A stretch of DNA of 64,000 nt from a virus. Lineage: Duplodnaviria; Caudoviricetes. Location: positions 1-64,000 of the IMG/VR virus record IMGVR_UViG_3300050334_000106; one strand, given 5' to 3'. The notes below the pieces were generated by a model, which saw only the letters and a list, made by a program, of their open reading frames with translations, was not told the DNA's origin and did no database searches. The position numbers and the translations under genes were made by a program. Numbering within the stretch: position 1 is the stretch's first letter; each line of letters starts with the position of its first letter. Of the stretch, positions 53,062 through 62,991 are shown piece by piece.

Positions 53062-55147
53062 CCCCAAAATACCTCCTGACCTCATCTATTTTACCGCTTA
53101 CCCATATTTTCAGATTCGAGAACCCCCAATGGACATCGCCCAGCAGATTCGGCATAAGCGTCTCTAATAACGCATTTCCAATCGCTGTCGCTGTCTGAAC
53201 CGGTACCGCATTGCCGATATACTCCCGGGCTTTTCCGTCACTACAATCTATCAATTCAAATGGCGTTCCATCCTTCATAGTTCTTGGGAAGCCCTGTAAC
53301 ATTGCCATCTCATATGTGGTGATAGGTCTATGCCAAGTGCCATCTACCGCAATAATTATGTAGATACCTCTGTCATCTGGTCCCGGGATTCTCGGGTCTG
53401 CCACCGCAGCTGCTCCTGCATGAATATCTCCACTTGCTGTTACCGTCTTAGCAGGTTCATCCCAATCCATCACACCGTAGTTTCCAGCTCCTGACCATTT
53501 CCGAGGATCTGCCACTGCTGCCACTGAATTTGAACTGCTCACACTCATATTCCCGGTTATTGTGTTTATTGGTTTATTCCAATCAGCAATTCCATATAAC
53601 CCGGGCCGTGATTCACAATGTATGCGCTTGTCTGCCACGCAAAGTGCTCCTGACTGAACATCAGTTTGACCTATGACTGTACTTGAAGGTTCCTCCCATG
53701 GTATAACCCTGTACGTTCCCGGATATCGCCCATCTCGTTTATTTAACCTAGGGTCAGCTACTACCGTTCCTCCATTGGTTGGCCCTGTTCCGGACGTGAT
53801 TGTCCCAGCGGGATTGTCCCAATCGGTTACTCTAAAACAATGATTAAAGTGAGGAGATTTATCTATTCTTGGATCTGCCACAGATACCGCGCCATTGGTC
53901 GGACCATTTCCACCTGTGATAGTTGGCCCCGGCTCATTCCAATCAGCCACTTTGCAAAGGTTAGCATATTTCGGTATCTTCGTGTCTACGCTTTCAGGTT
54001 CTAAATAATCATCATCTTCAATCTCACCTAATAAATCCGTACCGAAGCTTTCAGCAAATCTCTGAATATCCGGGTCTGCATATATGGGAGCTCCGCTTCC
54101 CAATCGACTTCCTGTTACCGTCGGGCTCGGTTCATCCGCAGATACAACTCTGTATTTATTGCCATAACCCTGAACGAACTCAATACGCGGGTCGGCGACT
54201 GCTGAAACTCCTGTGCTCTGTCCAACTCCCTTTGTAGAAGATGTAACCGCATTTGAAGGTTCATCCCAGGGAACAATTCTCCAAGCACCTTTCCATTGCT
54301 CTCTACCGAAATTCTCAAGTGCTCTCCAGTCTTTCCCGGCTGGTATAAGAGCCAGTCTTTCCCATGTTCTCCATGCAAGATTTGGAATCCGGTGCATTTT
54401 GCCACCTCTAGCCGTGTCACCAGGCATTGGCAACGGACCTAAAATGTCACCGATAGACTTAAGCGGTAATTCTGGAGGTTCAAACACAAAGTCCGGAACC
54501 TTCTCAACAAATCTTGAGATATGTAGATATCTTACTCTGTGCTGTCCAAGTCCTCCCCATTTTCCACAATCATATAAGGCTTCATGAAAAACATATCCTC
54601 GAGGTGATAACATTGTTCTTATGCCCTTAAGTGTCTTGTCTCCCCTGCCTTTATCGCGTATGCCAGGGACATTTTCCATCAGTAAAATAGGAGGTAAATC
54701 GTCAAACCAGGCTTCAAGTACAAGCTCATATATTCTTAATGGTAATTCGTTTAACGCCTGATACTTTGGCAACTCTGCCGTTTTTTTTGGCAATAGTCGG
54801 CTATTCCCTTTGCACGGCGGGCTCATGACAACCACATCAGGCCGTTTATTGATAAGTTCTCTCAGTTTCTTAGGAGTTAATTCTTCCCACTCAGGTCCTG
54901 GCTCATGGCCGTAGAACATAATGTATTGCCTTCTGGTAAAAAGGTCTAAGCAGATAGCTTTATTGCCTGTTATTCTCTCAAAGTTTTTGCAGGCTACTGG
55001 GTCAACATCTATTCCAACAACTGTTTTAAATCTGCCTGTAATGCCTTTATATTCATGCCTGGATTGTTCAAGTCCCAAATCCTGGCCTCCCACTCCACAG
55101 CAGAAACAAGCAACATATAATTCCATTTCATTATTTGTTAAATTCAC
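53045..55147 (-). CDS. C5-cytosine DNA methyltransferase with internal tandem repeats
   Basis: FCCGVGG, SPPCKG, LMENVPG, QHRVR and IGNAVP; about seven ADPR-ending repeats. Confidence 0.9.
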   Translation of the reverse strand: MNLTNNEMELYVACFCCGVGGQDLGLEQSRHEYKGITGRFKTVVGIDVDPVACKNFERITGNKAICLDLFTRRQYIMFYGHEPGPEWEELTPKKLRELINKRPDVVVMSPPCKGNSRLLPKKTAELPKYQALNELPLRIYELVLEAWFDDLPPILLMENVPGIRDKGRGDKTLKGIRTMLSPRGYVFHEALYDCGKWGGLGQHRVRYLHISRFVEKVPDFVFEPPELPLKSIGDILGPLPMPGDTARGGKMHRIPNLAWRTWERLALIPAGKDWRALENFGREQWKGAWRIVPWDEPSNAVTSSTKGVGQSTGVSAVADPRIEFVQGYGNKYRVVSADEPSPTVTGSRLGSGAPIYADPDIQRFAESFGTDLLGEIEDDDYLEPESVDTKIPKYANLCKVADWNEPGPTITGGNGPTNGAVSVADPRIDKSPHFNHCFRVTDWDNPAGTITSGTGPTNGGTVVADPRLNKRDGRYPGTYRVIPWEEPSSTVIGQTDVQSGALCVADKRIHCESRPGLYGIADWNKPINTITGNMSVSSSNSVAAVADPRKWSGAGNYGVMDWDEPAKTVTASGDIHAGAAAVADPRIPGPDDRGIYIIIAVDGTWHRPITTYEMAMLQGFPRTMKDGTPFELIDCSDGKAREYIGNAVPVQTATAIGNALLETLMPNLLGDVHWGFSNLKIWVSGKIDEVRRYFGDEDRN

Positions 55148-55151
55148 TTAA

Positions 55152-56456
55152 TCACTCCTCGTCTATGTCTGGGTCAAAATCCGGCTCATCTGCAACCCAG
55201 GTATTATCTTTCAAAACCAATTTATCAATTCTGTCAAAGATACAAGGCCGCGTTTCGAGCAATTCTTCCGTAGTCTCAAATACATCAAATAGACTCAGCA
55301 AGCCATTTCTTTTTGCGACCTGAAGCTTTCGGATTTCATCTGCCATACCCTTACGCATGAATGCTTGCCACTGTTTATTGTGAGTCCTCCGGAGCATAGC
55401 CATGTGATTATTCTGATAGAGTAGATCTGTCCCGCATCCCATACAGCCATTACGGGGTATCTTGTGGAACACTTTGTTTTCATCCGTCCAGCCCATATCA
55501 TATAGGCTGGAATATGGAACATTGTAACGGTGTATATATGCCCATATGTCATCATCAGTCCAAATGCTTATGGGATTGCAATGCCAGAATGAATGACCAT
55601 ATTTCTCAAGATGTGGCCGGGAAGATTCAAAGAGGTATCCACGGGAAATGAAATTCGTTTGTCTTGACCGCGACTCCGCCGCCATTAAGCCCTTAAATAT
55701 AACATCAACGTCAAGTTCAGCTTGAAGTCTTTCGCTCGGTTCCTTCTTTAAAGTGTCACAGCAGGCCTGAGAGATTTTCACCTGTCGAAGTATATCGTAA
55801 TAGGCCAGCAGTTGAGGGTCCTCTGATTCACTCTGAGAAAATTGCAGGAAGCAATCTATATTGATTCGGTGTGCTTTTAGTTTTGAGAATGCTTTCCCCA
55901 ACAGTGGCCATCCGTATTGGTCAACGCACCACCAGTAACTTTTTACCGTACCTTCTGGCCAAAAAAGTCTTTCTTTCTCAAATTTCTCTTTTAGATGTTC
56001 CGGACAAGCTGCTTCCAGAGCTGCCGTACTTTTTAACTTGCCGTCGTCTTTCAGAACCGTATAAAGAAGGTCCATGTCTATTAGGTACTGAAGTATTTCC
56101 TGCTGCGCTTTATATTTATAGCTCGGACACTCAGTCTTTAATGGGCAGGCTTCGTAAAAACATCCTTTTCCCCATTCCTTCCCGATCTGCCGGGCAAATT
56201 TTAAGCATTCCGGATATTCAACACCAGTATTACCATAGATGATGACAGTCTTTTCGGCATATTCCGGGAAGAATGTTCTTATTAAGTGCCATAATACGAG
56301 GCTGTCTTTGCCACCTGAGAAGGCTATTGCCGCCCTGTGTTTACAAACTGAATATGCTGTATGGATGGCCTTTTTAGCCTCATTTATCTTATAATCCAGA
56401 TCTTTCTTTTGCTCTATTTCAAGGTCTTTATAACTGATATACATTAGTGACCTCAC
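55152..56456 (-). CDS. PAPS-reductase-family protein
   Basis: AFSGGKDS, GNTGVEYP, CCDTLKKEP, PISIWTDDDIWAYI and RNGCMGC. Confidence 0.9.
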   Translation of the reverse strand: MRSLMYISYKDLEIEQKKDLDYKINEAKKAIHTAYSVCKHRAAIAFSGGKDSLVLWHLIRTFFPEYAEKTVIIYGNTGVEYPECLKFARQIGKEWGKGCFYEACPLKTECPSYKYKAQQEILQYLIDMDLLYTVLKDDGKLKSTAALEAACPEHLKEKFEKERLFWPEGTVKSYWWCVDQYGWPLLGKAFSKLKAHRINIDCFLQFSQSESEDPQLLAYYDILRQVKISQACCDTLKKEPSERLQAELDVDVIFKGLMAAESRSRQTNFISRGYLFESSRPHLEKYGHSFWHCNPISIWTDDDIWAYIHRYNVPYSSLYDMGWTDENKVFHKIPRNGCMGCGTDLLYQNNHMAMLRRTHNKQWQAFMRKGMADEIRKLQVAKRNGLLSLFDVFETTEELLETRPCIFDRIDKLVLKDNTWVADEPDFDPDIDEE

Positions 56457-56812
56457 TCATTTATAATTCTTGATACTGTATCCAGCCAGTACGCTGGAGG
56501 TTCCAGTCTGACAAATACCCTTTGACTGATTCTGAGGCAAATGAACTTCTTTGGACTTAAAAACCGTCCAGCATATATTTTGATATCCTGTTCCCATTCA
56601 TCAATGCTTTTGGTAGGGTTAAGTTCAACCGTTATACTCATCTGATCCCATATTTTGGCCATTCTGTTTAGTACCTGAGCTAATGCTATTTCAGCCCTGT
56701 CCCTATTCTCTGGAGTCTCCGCCATATATTTTGTGCGCTCATATTCTTCTGCTCTTCGCAGCCGGTCTTTAAGATTTTCAAATTCCATAATAATTTTTGT
56801 GTCCATATCCAC
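56453..56812 (-). CDS. Hypothetical protein
   Basis: In-operon ORF. Confidence 0.6.
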   Translation of the reverse strand: MDMDTKIIMEFENLKDRLRRAEEYERTKYMAETPENRDRAEIALAQVLNRMAKIWDQMSITVELNPTKSIDEWEQDIKIYAGRFLSPKKFICLRISQRVFVRLEPPAYWLDTVSRIINE

Positions 56813-56815
56813 ACC

Positions 56816-57007
56816 TCAAAATGGAAGCTCTTCTCCGTTGTCGTCGTAATATTTACCGGTTTCCGGCTCCCAGGCATCACCTTGTTGTTCGCCGGTAGCA
56901 GTTCTTCCAAGTAATCTATTCAAAACCGCCCTTGGGATACACCGATCAATGATTTCCCTGTATTGCTCATAATAATCAAGATCAATCATCGGCATCTTGC
57001 TCGTCAC
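56816..57007 (-). CDS. Hypothetical protein with an acidic ELPF tail
   Basis: In-operon ORF. Confidence 0.55.
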   Translation of the reverse strand: MTSKMPMIDLDYYEQYREIIDRCIPRAVLNRLLGRTATGEQQGDAWEPETGKYYDDNGEELPF

Positions 57008-57536
57008 CTTCTTTAAGCATCGTTTTTGATAATCCAGAAATGAGCTTTTTTGATGAATCCGGTAGCATGGAGTATTCTTTTATTTGCTGAACCCTTGCAG
57101 AATAACTGCGCATGAAATTGGACTGAATGACTGTTTCAAGTTGCTTTGTTTCAAGGAGAGCCCATTCTCGGAGCTGCCCCGGACTACCGACAATCTTTTG
57201 AAGAACGGCAGGGAGGTTATTGAAATTTTCGGTTGCATTGTAATATGAGATTGCATTTTTAATCTTTGCCCAAGCCTCAAATTCAGTAGGCGCTGGAAGT
57301 TGAGTTAGTTGAGCAACTTTCTTTTTTATATCAGCCGGAACAGGAGGAAATTCAAGCGTGCAAATTACTGCATGGACTGCCTCGGTAACAATTTTTGCGT
57401 TGTCATCTTTAAACAATACTGCCCATAAATTCAATGCAGCCTGCTTTTCATCTGAGGTCTTATTTGCATAAAACCTCGGGTATGCAGTCTCAAGAATCAT
57501 CATTATAGTCGCTGTTTCCTTTTTGGTCATGTTCAT
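56982..57536 (-). CDS. Replicative helicase loader/inhibitor (G39P-like)
   Basis: MTKKETATIMMILETAYP...WAVLFKD...FPPVPADI; follows the initiator. Confidence 0.8.
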   Translation of the reverse strand: MNMTKKETATIMMILETAYPRFYANKTSDEKQAALNLWAVLFKDDNAKIVTEAVHAVICTLEFPPVPADIKKKVAQLTQLPAPTEFEAWAKIKNAISYYNATENFNNLPAVLQKIVGSPGQLREWALLETKQLETVIQSNFMRSYSARVQQIKEYSMLPDSSKKLISGLSKTMLKEGDEQDADD

Positions 57537-58293
57537 TAGCCTCCTCTACTAAATCTACAAAACTCACATTCTTACCCTGTTTTTGCTTTGGTGCATCTCT
57601 GCCCTTTTTGTTTCCGCGTTCTACCTTCTTTGCTCGATACTGTTCAAGTGTCTTAACATTCTGGGATATGGAATTATCAAGCACCTTTTTAGCCCAGTTC
57701 CATTTATTATCCATGCCAAGGCTGTCTTTAAGTACCTCTATAATCATTTCAGGCTCTAATCCATCAATATCCATAGCCTGAGATATCGTCTCAGCTTGAA
57801 AAGGAGTAATAAGTCCAATGTTCTGGTTAAAAAATCTAAATACTTCGCCCTCGCGCGCGCGTTCTTCCTCTTCTTCTATAAGGTTAGGTATAGGAGAAGG
57901 TGAAGGATAACGGTGTTCTTCGGTACTTTGCGGTGATTGCCGGTGTTGCTCGGTGTTTTGCGGCGAAATGCGGCGCTTTTTTTCAGGGATGTAAGTCTGA
58001 TATTTATAGAAGGAACTCGGTGGGAAACTCAACATTTTGCCATCAGACTTAACCAGCCCAAGCTTTATCATCCCATCAACAGCCCATTGGATATCTTCCT
58101 CTGCTTTATCTGTGCGCGCTGGCATAACTTTGTTTTTAATCTCAAATGGATCTGCAGTTATCAGGCAGGTATCCTCGGCATGTGGGATCATCCATGTATA
58201 AAGGAGCGCTGCAAAGTCGCCGTATTCAATCGCCAATTTGTTAACAGCTTTATCTATTGAAATCTCAGTTGAAATATATCTGCGTCTTGCCAT
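57490..58293 (-). CDS. Phage replication initiator with a C-terminal DnaD domain
   Basis: MARRRYISTEIS..D, LYTWMIPHAED; repeat-encoded linker; FFNQNIGLITPFQAE...WNWAKKVLDN. Confidence 0.85.
   Translation of the reverse strand: MARRRYISTEISIDKAVNKLAIEYGDFAALLYTWMIPHAEDTCLITADPFEIKNKVMPARTDKAEEDIQWAVDGMIKLGLVKSDGKMLSFPPSSFYKYQTYIPEKKRRISPQNTEQHRQSPQSTEEHRYPSPSPIPNLIEEEEERAREGEVFRFFNQNIGLITPFQAETISQAMDIDGLEPEMIIEVLKDSLGMDNKWNWAKKVLDNSISQNVKTLEQYRAKKVERGNKKGRDAPKQKQGKNVSFVDLVEEANEHDQKGNSDYNDDS
57849..57980 (-). repeat. Intragenic replication origin: seven 10-bp-phased iterons
   Basis: CGGYR at 57911, 57921, 57931, 57941, 57951, 57961 and 57971; lambdoid/SPP1-type origins lie within initiator genes. 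Confidence 0.8.
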
Positions 58294-58367
58294 TTACATA
58301 CCGCCTTTATGTTGATGGACAGGGGCCTCGACCTGACCCCGCCATCTGATCTATGTGAATTTTGGGG

Positions 58368-59123
58368 TTAATAAGGGAATTTTTCCAGTCCTACTTCCAG
58401 TCCGGGCTTAGCTATCCTTGGAACTATACCTGTTAAATCTGCAATTTCCTTAACCATGCGTTCTGCGTCTGCGTTCTGACTACTCAGATGTAAGAGAATG
58501 ATTTCCCGGCATTGGCTCAGGTCATTTGCTCTAAGGAAGTCTTTCAGTGTTTCAAGACTCATATGGCTTTGTAGTAGCCTTGGTTTCATTGCTTCATGGA
58601 TATAACCATTCTCAATATTCCAGTCCAGAGTTTCCTTTATATAGTTGCATTCAATCATGATATAATTGAGGCCAGTGAACTGATATTTGCAATAATATGA
58701 ATCAGTTAGGAATAAAAGTTTTTCACCTGCTGGACGGTACTGAATAAGGAAACCTAAACTTTCAGGAGCATCATGCTCAGTGTCAAACGGCAATATATCA
58801 AAATCCGATATCTGAAACTTTTCTTTTGACCTCGCAAAGCTTAACCAGTACGAGTTACATGCCCAGTGTTCAATGTTCAATGCTTCACAGGTTCCAGTAC
58901 TTAGGTAAGTAATAATCCCCGCTTTCATCACGTCTAAGACTGCCTTGGAATGGTCCTTGTGACAATGTGTAACTAAGCACCCCTGAACACTTGACAAGTC
59001 AAATTCAAGTCTTTTTTGTATTTTCTTCCATGGAATCCCACATTCAAGCAGCAGGCTCCCTGTCGGTGACTCTAGGATATAACAATTGCCAGAACTTCCG
59101 CTTGCCAGCACCTTTAATTGCAT
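58368..59123 (-). CDS. MBL-fold metallohydrolase (putative exonuclease)
   Basis: SGSSGNCY, THCHKDH, HDA, TDS, IECNY, SHMS and LHLS. Confidence 0.9.
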   Translation of the reverse strand: MQLKVLASGSSGNCYILESPTGSLLLECGIPWKKIQKRLEFDLSSVQGCLVTHCHKDHSKAVLDVMKAGIITYLSTGTCEALNIEHWACNSYWLSFARSKEKFQISDFDILPFDTEHDAPESLGFLIQYRPAGEKLLFLTDSYYCKYQFTGLNYIMIECNYIKETLDWNIENGYIHEAMKPRLLQSHMSLETLKDFLRANDLSQCREIILLHLSSQNADAERMVKEIADLTGIVPRIAKPGLEVGLEKFPY

Positions 59124-59320
59124 TTCTCTGCCTCCAGTTTAATTCGATGATATTCCCTGCATTCCGGACATGTTATATTTCCATAGTTAATTGCACCACA
59201 TACCGGGCAAACTGGGTGAAAATGCATACTAGTTTCAGTACAAGATAATAATGGACATGGCCCACTAAATGGAATGTATTTTTTAACCTTTTTCATATCA
59301 ATACCCCGGCTCATCATCAA
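59114..59320 (-). CDS. Small Cys-rich protein
   Basis: CPVCGA...CPECR. Confidence 0.55.
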   Translation of the reverse strand: MMMSRGIDMKKVKKYIPFSGPCPLLSCTETSMHFHPVCPVCGAINYGNITCPECREYHRIKLEAEKCN

Positions 59321-60020
59321 TGGCCATTTGCTGTCCCTGGTCTTTTACCTCAACTTCCGGAACAGGCTCAATGTCAATAACCTCCATATTAGCCTTGGTT
59401 TTTATTTCCTCCTCGACCTGGACATCAACCGGTTTTTCTGACATTTCATCCTCGGTATACATAGCCCCAAGATTAGTCGGAAATGCTTCTCTCATGGCCT
59501 GAACAATTGCCACTTTACGAATCATAGTTGAGGGTCTGTCCTTCCACTGAGACTGTTTCTTGTCGTATTCGGTGAGTGATACCATTTGGCTGAATGGGAA
59601 TTTCTTGTCCTTACGGTATACTTTCGCCCAGCCTCCGACCAGCTTGTCAGTAGGCAGGTAAAATGTTCCTTCAACTTCAATCTGCTTACCGTCGCGTATT
59701 ATAATGATACCGGCCTGCAGCCCTTCATAGTCAGGATGGTTCTCAGCCCGTTTCATGAAAGCTTCTTTCCCAGTTACAATCTGCGCTTCGTTCCCAAATT
59801 TAATAAGATATGCCTCATTAAGGAATGGATTCAATTTCTGATATTTACAGAGGTTCATGAACAGGACCAAATCCTGGTCGGTTATATTGGCATTCCCCCT
59901 GACCAAATACTTCCTTACGATTTCACCTGAAAGCTTGATTTCTTCATCTCCGACATTGTAGGTCATTACCTTAGTGTTTACCTGGTTGTTTAATGCGATG
60001 GTTTGCTGTTCCTGTTTCAT
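59298..60020 (-). CDS. bet: Recombination protein Bet (RecT/Red-beta family)
   Basis: LCKYQKLNPFLNEAYLIKF, GKEAF, MIRKVAIVQAMREAFP and MYTEDEM. Confidence 0.9.
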   Translation of the reverse strand: MKQEQQTIALNNQVNTKVMTYNVGDEEIKLSGEIVRKYLVRGNANITDQDLVLFMNLCKYQKLNPFLNEAYLIKFGNEAQIVTGKEAFMKRAENHPDYEGLQAGIIIIRDGKQIEVEGTFYLPTDKLVGGWAKVYRKDKKFPFSQMVSLTEYDKKQSQWKDRPSTMIRKVAIVQAMREAFPTNLGAMYTEDEMSEKPVDVQVEEEIKTKANMEVIDIEPVPEVEVKDQGQQMAIDDEPGY

Positions 60021-60236
60021 TTATTTATCCTCCTGCCTTACGGCTTTACAAATTACGTTTTTACGCTGGATTGCATTATAGGCCATCCTAAATTGCCAAC
60101 TCATAAACCAACCATTGTGAGTTAATTTGTGGTGCCAATACACGAATTCTTGTGAAGCTAATTCATCAAGGTTTGTAATTGGCTCGCCTTTTACGAACTT
60201 GCTGCGTGGTTTGCCCATGCTATCCCTCCCCTGCAC
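60021..60236 (-). CDS. Hypothetical protein
   Basis: In-operon ORF. Confidence 0.55.
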   Translation of the reverse strand: MQGRDSMGKPRSKFVKGEPITNLDELASQEFVYWHHKLTHNGWFMSWQFRMAYNAIQRKNVICKAVRQEDK

Positions 60237-60492
60237 AATTTGAGCATAGCGGCCCTATTTCGTTATCAACTGCTATTTGAATGAACTCAGCTTCATCCGG
60301 ATGAATTTGAGCATTGCAGTTTACACAAAACTCCGTGCATTCCTCTTTGTATGCCTCATATGCATCTTGACAGCGGCATCCTTCACAAGCTGTATAACCA
60401 TTTGGCGCACCATGAACGCCTTTGGCTTCATCTGGCAGTGGACAGTATTTGCATAGTTCTTCGCCGTCAGTCAATTCTTCAATGGTTCTCAC
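60220..60492 (-). CDS. Cys-rich hypothetical protein
   Basis: CKYC, CEGC, CVNC and CSNC. Confidence 0.6.
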   Translation of the reverse strand: MRTIEELTDGEELCKYCPLPDEAKGVHGAPNGYTACEGCRCQDAYEAYKEECTEFCVNCNAQIHPDEAEFIQIAVDNEIGPLCSNCAGEG

Positions 60493-62538
60493 CTAATCCA
60501 CCTCCACGACCAATTTGCTGTACTTCTGCCTATCCTCGGCGATACGGATATCAGGCTTTATCAGGCTAATAACCTGGGATTCAGTCTCTGCAAGTTCAGT
60601 AATACTCTCCCTGTTATCTACAAAAAGTGGCACTCTGACTCCATAATGTTCAGACAAAGCATTTATAATGTCTATGCCGGCATTGATTCTCCCGGCAGTA
60701 TTTCCGTCGCCAAATGGAACCCATTTGCCGTTTGTGTTGACCATAGTGTCGCACACTTCCACCACGCCGCCGTTTTGCTGGATGTCGAACAAGCGGAAGC
60801 GAACATATTTGAATTTGGAATTCATTATGTCGGTGAGGGTGTTGGCCTTTGCTTTGATGAACTCGGTTATTAGGTTCAACTGGCCCTCCAGTTGGCTTTT
60901 CTGATTGGATAGGTCGCGCTCGGACTGTTTTAATTCTTCGATGCGGGCTTTGGCATTTTCGACTACCCGCTTATTGTTCAGGGCGCGATTACAGTTTTCA
61001 ATATCAGCAGCTATAACTGCTTTGCGCTGTCTTGCCTCTGCCGTTGTATCTTCAATCGGTTTATTAAGCTCTGCTTCCAGTTGTCCTATTTTTCCGGACA
61101 GCTGAGTATATTCAGCATCAATGGCATAGTCAGGCTCGGAAGTCGGCTGCTGCAATATAGTATCAATCTCTGCGATGCGTGAATTAATTGTTTCCAGGGC
61201 CTTTTCAGCCTTCTCAACTTCAGTTTTATAAACTTCAATATTTTTTTGTAGCTGCTCGATTTCCCGTTTTAACTGTAAACCGCTTTCCTTGTTACCATTT
61301 AAGCTGTTTTCGGAATATGATATTGAATCTTTTTTGGCCTTTTCAAACGCAGCGCGCATTTCATCCAACTTAGTTTCTCTATCACCTTGTGGCAGGCTTT
61401 GACCACATGTTAGGCAAATAAAGTTGCTTTCATCAGGATCAACAAATGTTGATGAGCGTTCATCCAACAACCTTTCGTGAAGCCTAGTCCACTGCTCGCG
61501 TAATTGCTGGAGCCTACTATTTTTATCAGCAATCCCTTTTTCAGCAATGGGTATCTGCCTTGCATAATCGTTTTTGTTGGCTTCTTGCTGATATTTCCGG
61601 CCCTGTAATTGGCTCTTTTCATCAACAAGCTTCTGGAGGTAGGCATTAGCTTCCTTGTAAATCCTACTCTTGATGTTCTCCAACTGTCCTTTAAGAGAGA
61701 ATAACTCCTGCTGTTTTTTCTTATATGCAAGAACAACATTTCCAGCGTCTGAAATTTCCTGCTCTATGTCTGACAATTCAGTTTTCAACCTTTGGAGCTC
61801 GGCTTCTGTAGCTGTATAGTCAATGGCAGTTTCCGGTATAAGCCTCATATTTTCATTGATAGCAGGGCCAACCTTCTCAATTTGCTCATTAAGCTTTTTA
61901 ATACTCTGGGCAATAATAGCTTTCCTATCTTCAATAGACTTTCCGTCCAGGACTTCCAGCAACTTTGCCAATCCCGGATTAGCCGCAATAATCTGTTCGT
62001 CAGTTATATCGCCGCATATTTCAAATAACAGCATCCGGCGTGACTGCCAATCGGTCAGTTTACCAACTTTATAATGCTGATTGAAATATAACGGGTTTGT
62101 GAGGAGCCGGAACGTTTCTTCACCAATAAGCTCATCGACCTTCCTTTTATATTCATTTGCACCGACAGGTACCTCGTCAAAGAAATACGCAATGTTATTT
62201 CCTTTATATTCCTGCTCCGTTTTCCCTTTGGGCTTAACCCAATTCTCGGTCAGAATCTTTTTGAGTTTTAGAGGCTTACCGTCCTTTGATAATCCAACCT
62301 CAACTTCTGTTTCCAGGAAATGAATCTCGTTTCCGGCTTCATCAAGCGGTTTTATTCCAAAATCAGCCTGATTGAAGCTATTCTTTCCGGATACTATCCA
62401 TACAAAAGCATCATAACAGCTAGTTTTATATGTAGCGTTATCGCCCAGAACGCTGATATTCTGTTCATTGGCATCAATCCGGAAATCCTTTATTCCTTTG
62501 AAGTTCTTAATTGCCATGTAGTTTAACCTTATATCCAA
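60493..62538 (-). CDS. SMC/Rad50-like coiled-coil ATPase
   Basis: GDNATYKT, long coiled coil with CLTC hook, NTAGRINAG and LFVDNRES. Confidence 0.85.
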   Translation of the reverse strand: MDIRLNYMAIKNFKGIKDFRIDANEQNISVLGDNATYKTSCYDAFVWIVSGKNSFNQADFGIKPLDEAGNEIHFLETEVEVGLSKDGKPLKLKKILTENWVKPKGKTEQEYKGNNIAYFFDEVPVGANEYKRKVDELIGEETFRLLTNPLYFNQHYKVGKLTDWQSRRMLLFEICGDITDEQIIAANPGLAKLLEVLDGKSIEDRKAIIAQSIKKLNEQIEKVGPAINENMRLIPETAIDYTATEAELQRLKTELSDIEQEISDAGNVVLAYKKKQQELFSLKGQLENIKSRIYKEANAYLQKLVDEKSQLQGRKYQQEANKNDYARQIPIAEKGIADKNSRLQQLREQWTRLHERLLDERSSTFVDPDESNFICLTCGQSLPQGDRETKLDEMRAAFEKAKKDSISYSENSLNGNKESGLQLKREIEQLQKNIEVYKTEVEKAEKALETINSRIAEIDTILQQPTSEPDYAIDAEYTQLSGKIGQLEAELNKPIEDTTAEARQRKAVIAADIENCNRALNNKRVVENAKARIEELKQSERDLSNQKSQLEGQLNLITEFIKAKANTLTDIMNSKFKYVRFRLFDIQQNGGVVEVCDTMVNTNGKWVPFGDGNTAGRINAGIDIINALSEHYGVRVPLFVDNRESITELAETESQVISLIKPDIRIAEDRQKYSKLVVEVD

Positions 62539-62549
62539 AATCCTACCTC

Positions 62550-62729
62550 CTATCTCTTTCTAGTCCCCAGAAGCAAGCTTTTCTTACTTGCCTTTAACTT
62601 ATTGAAACCCTCAACTGTAATAACAGCAAAGCCGGTTTCAGTTTCGTTGACAAGATATTCCACATTTTCGCCATATCTTTTCTTAAGGTCGGCTATAGCT
62701 TCGTCTATATATTTTTGGAATTTACCCAC
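62550..62729 (-). CDS. 59-aa hypothetical protein; absent from the ORF track
   Basis: GTG start overlapping the upstream stop; open frame to TAG. Confidence 0.5.
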   Translation of the reverse strand: MGKFQKYIDEAIADLKKRYGENVEYLVNETETGFAVITVEGFNKLKASKKSLLLGTRKR

Positions 62730-62991
62730 CTACAATCCCTCCATTCAACCCAGCCCGTAAAGCACATTCAGTACACGCTGCTTTGACCTCAAAATTGTTT
62801 TTAATTAATTCCCGGTGCTTGTCGGATTCCCAGCAACTCTCACCACAGATTGGGCATTTAACCAATTTCCAATCACTCTGCGGCGGCTCCTGAATGTTCT
62901 TATATTTCGGCATACAGAGCATCCCTGTGTCTCCCGGCTTCCATGGCCATATTTTAGCTTTCACCCAAATCACCATCCAAACCGATTGCAT
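62722..62991 (-). CDS. Zn-finger hypothetical protein
   Basis: CPICGESC...CTEC. Confidence 0.6.
   Translation of the reverse strand: MQSVWMVIWVKAKIWPWKPGDTGMLCMPKYKNIQEPPQSDWKLVKCPICGESCWESDKHRELIKNNFEVKAACTECALRAGLNGGIVGG

Noticed and set aside
58315-58350. GC-rich hairpin upstream of the initiator gene as a riboswitch
   Set aside because: A single stem-loop with no recognisable aptamer features
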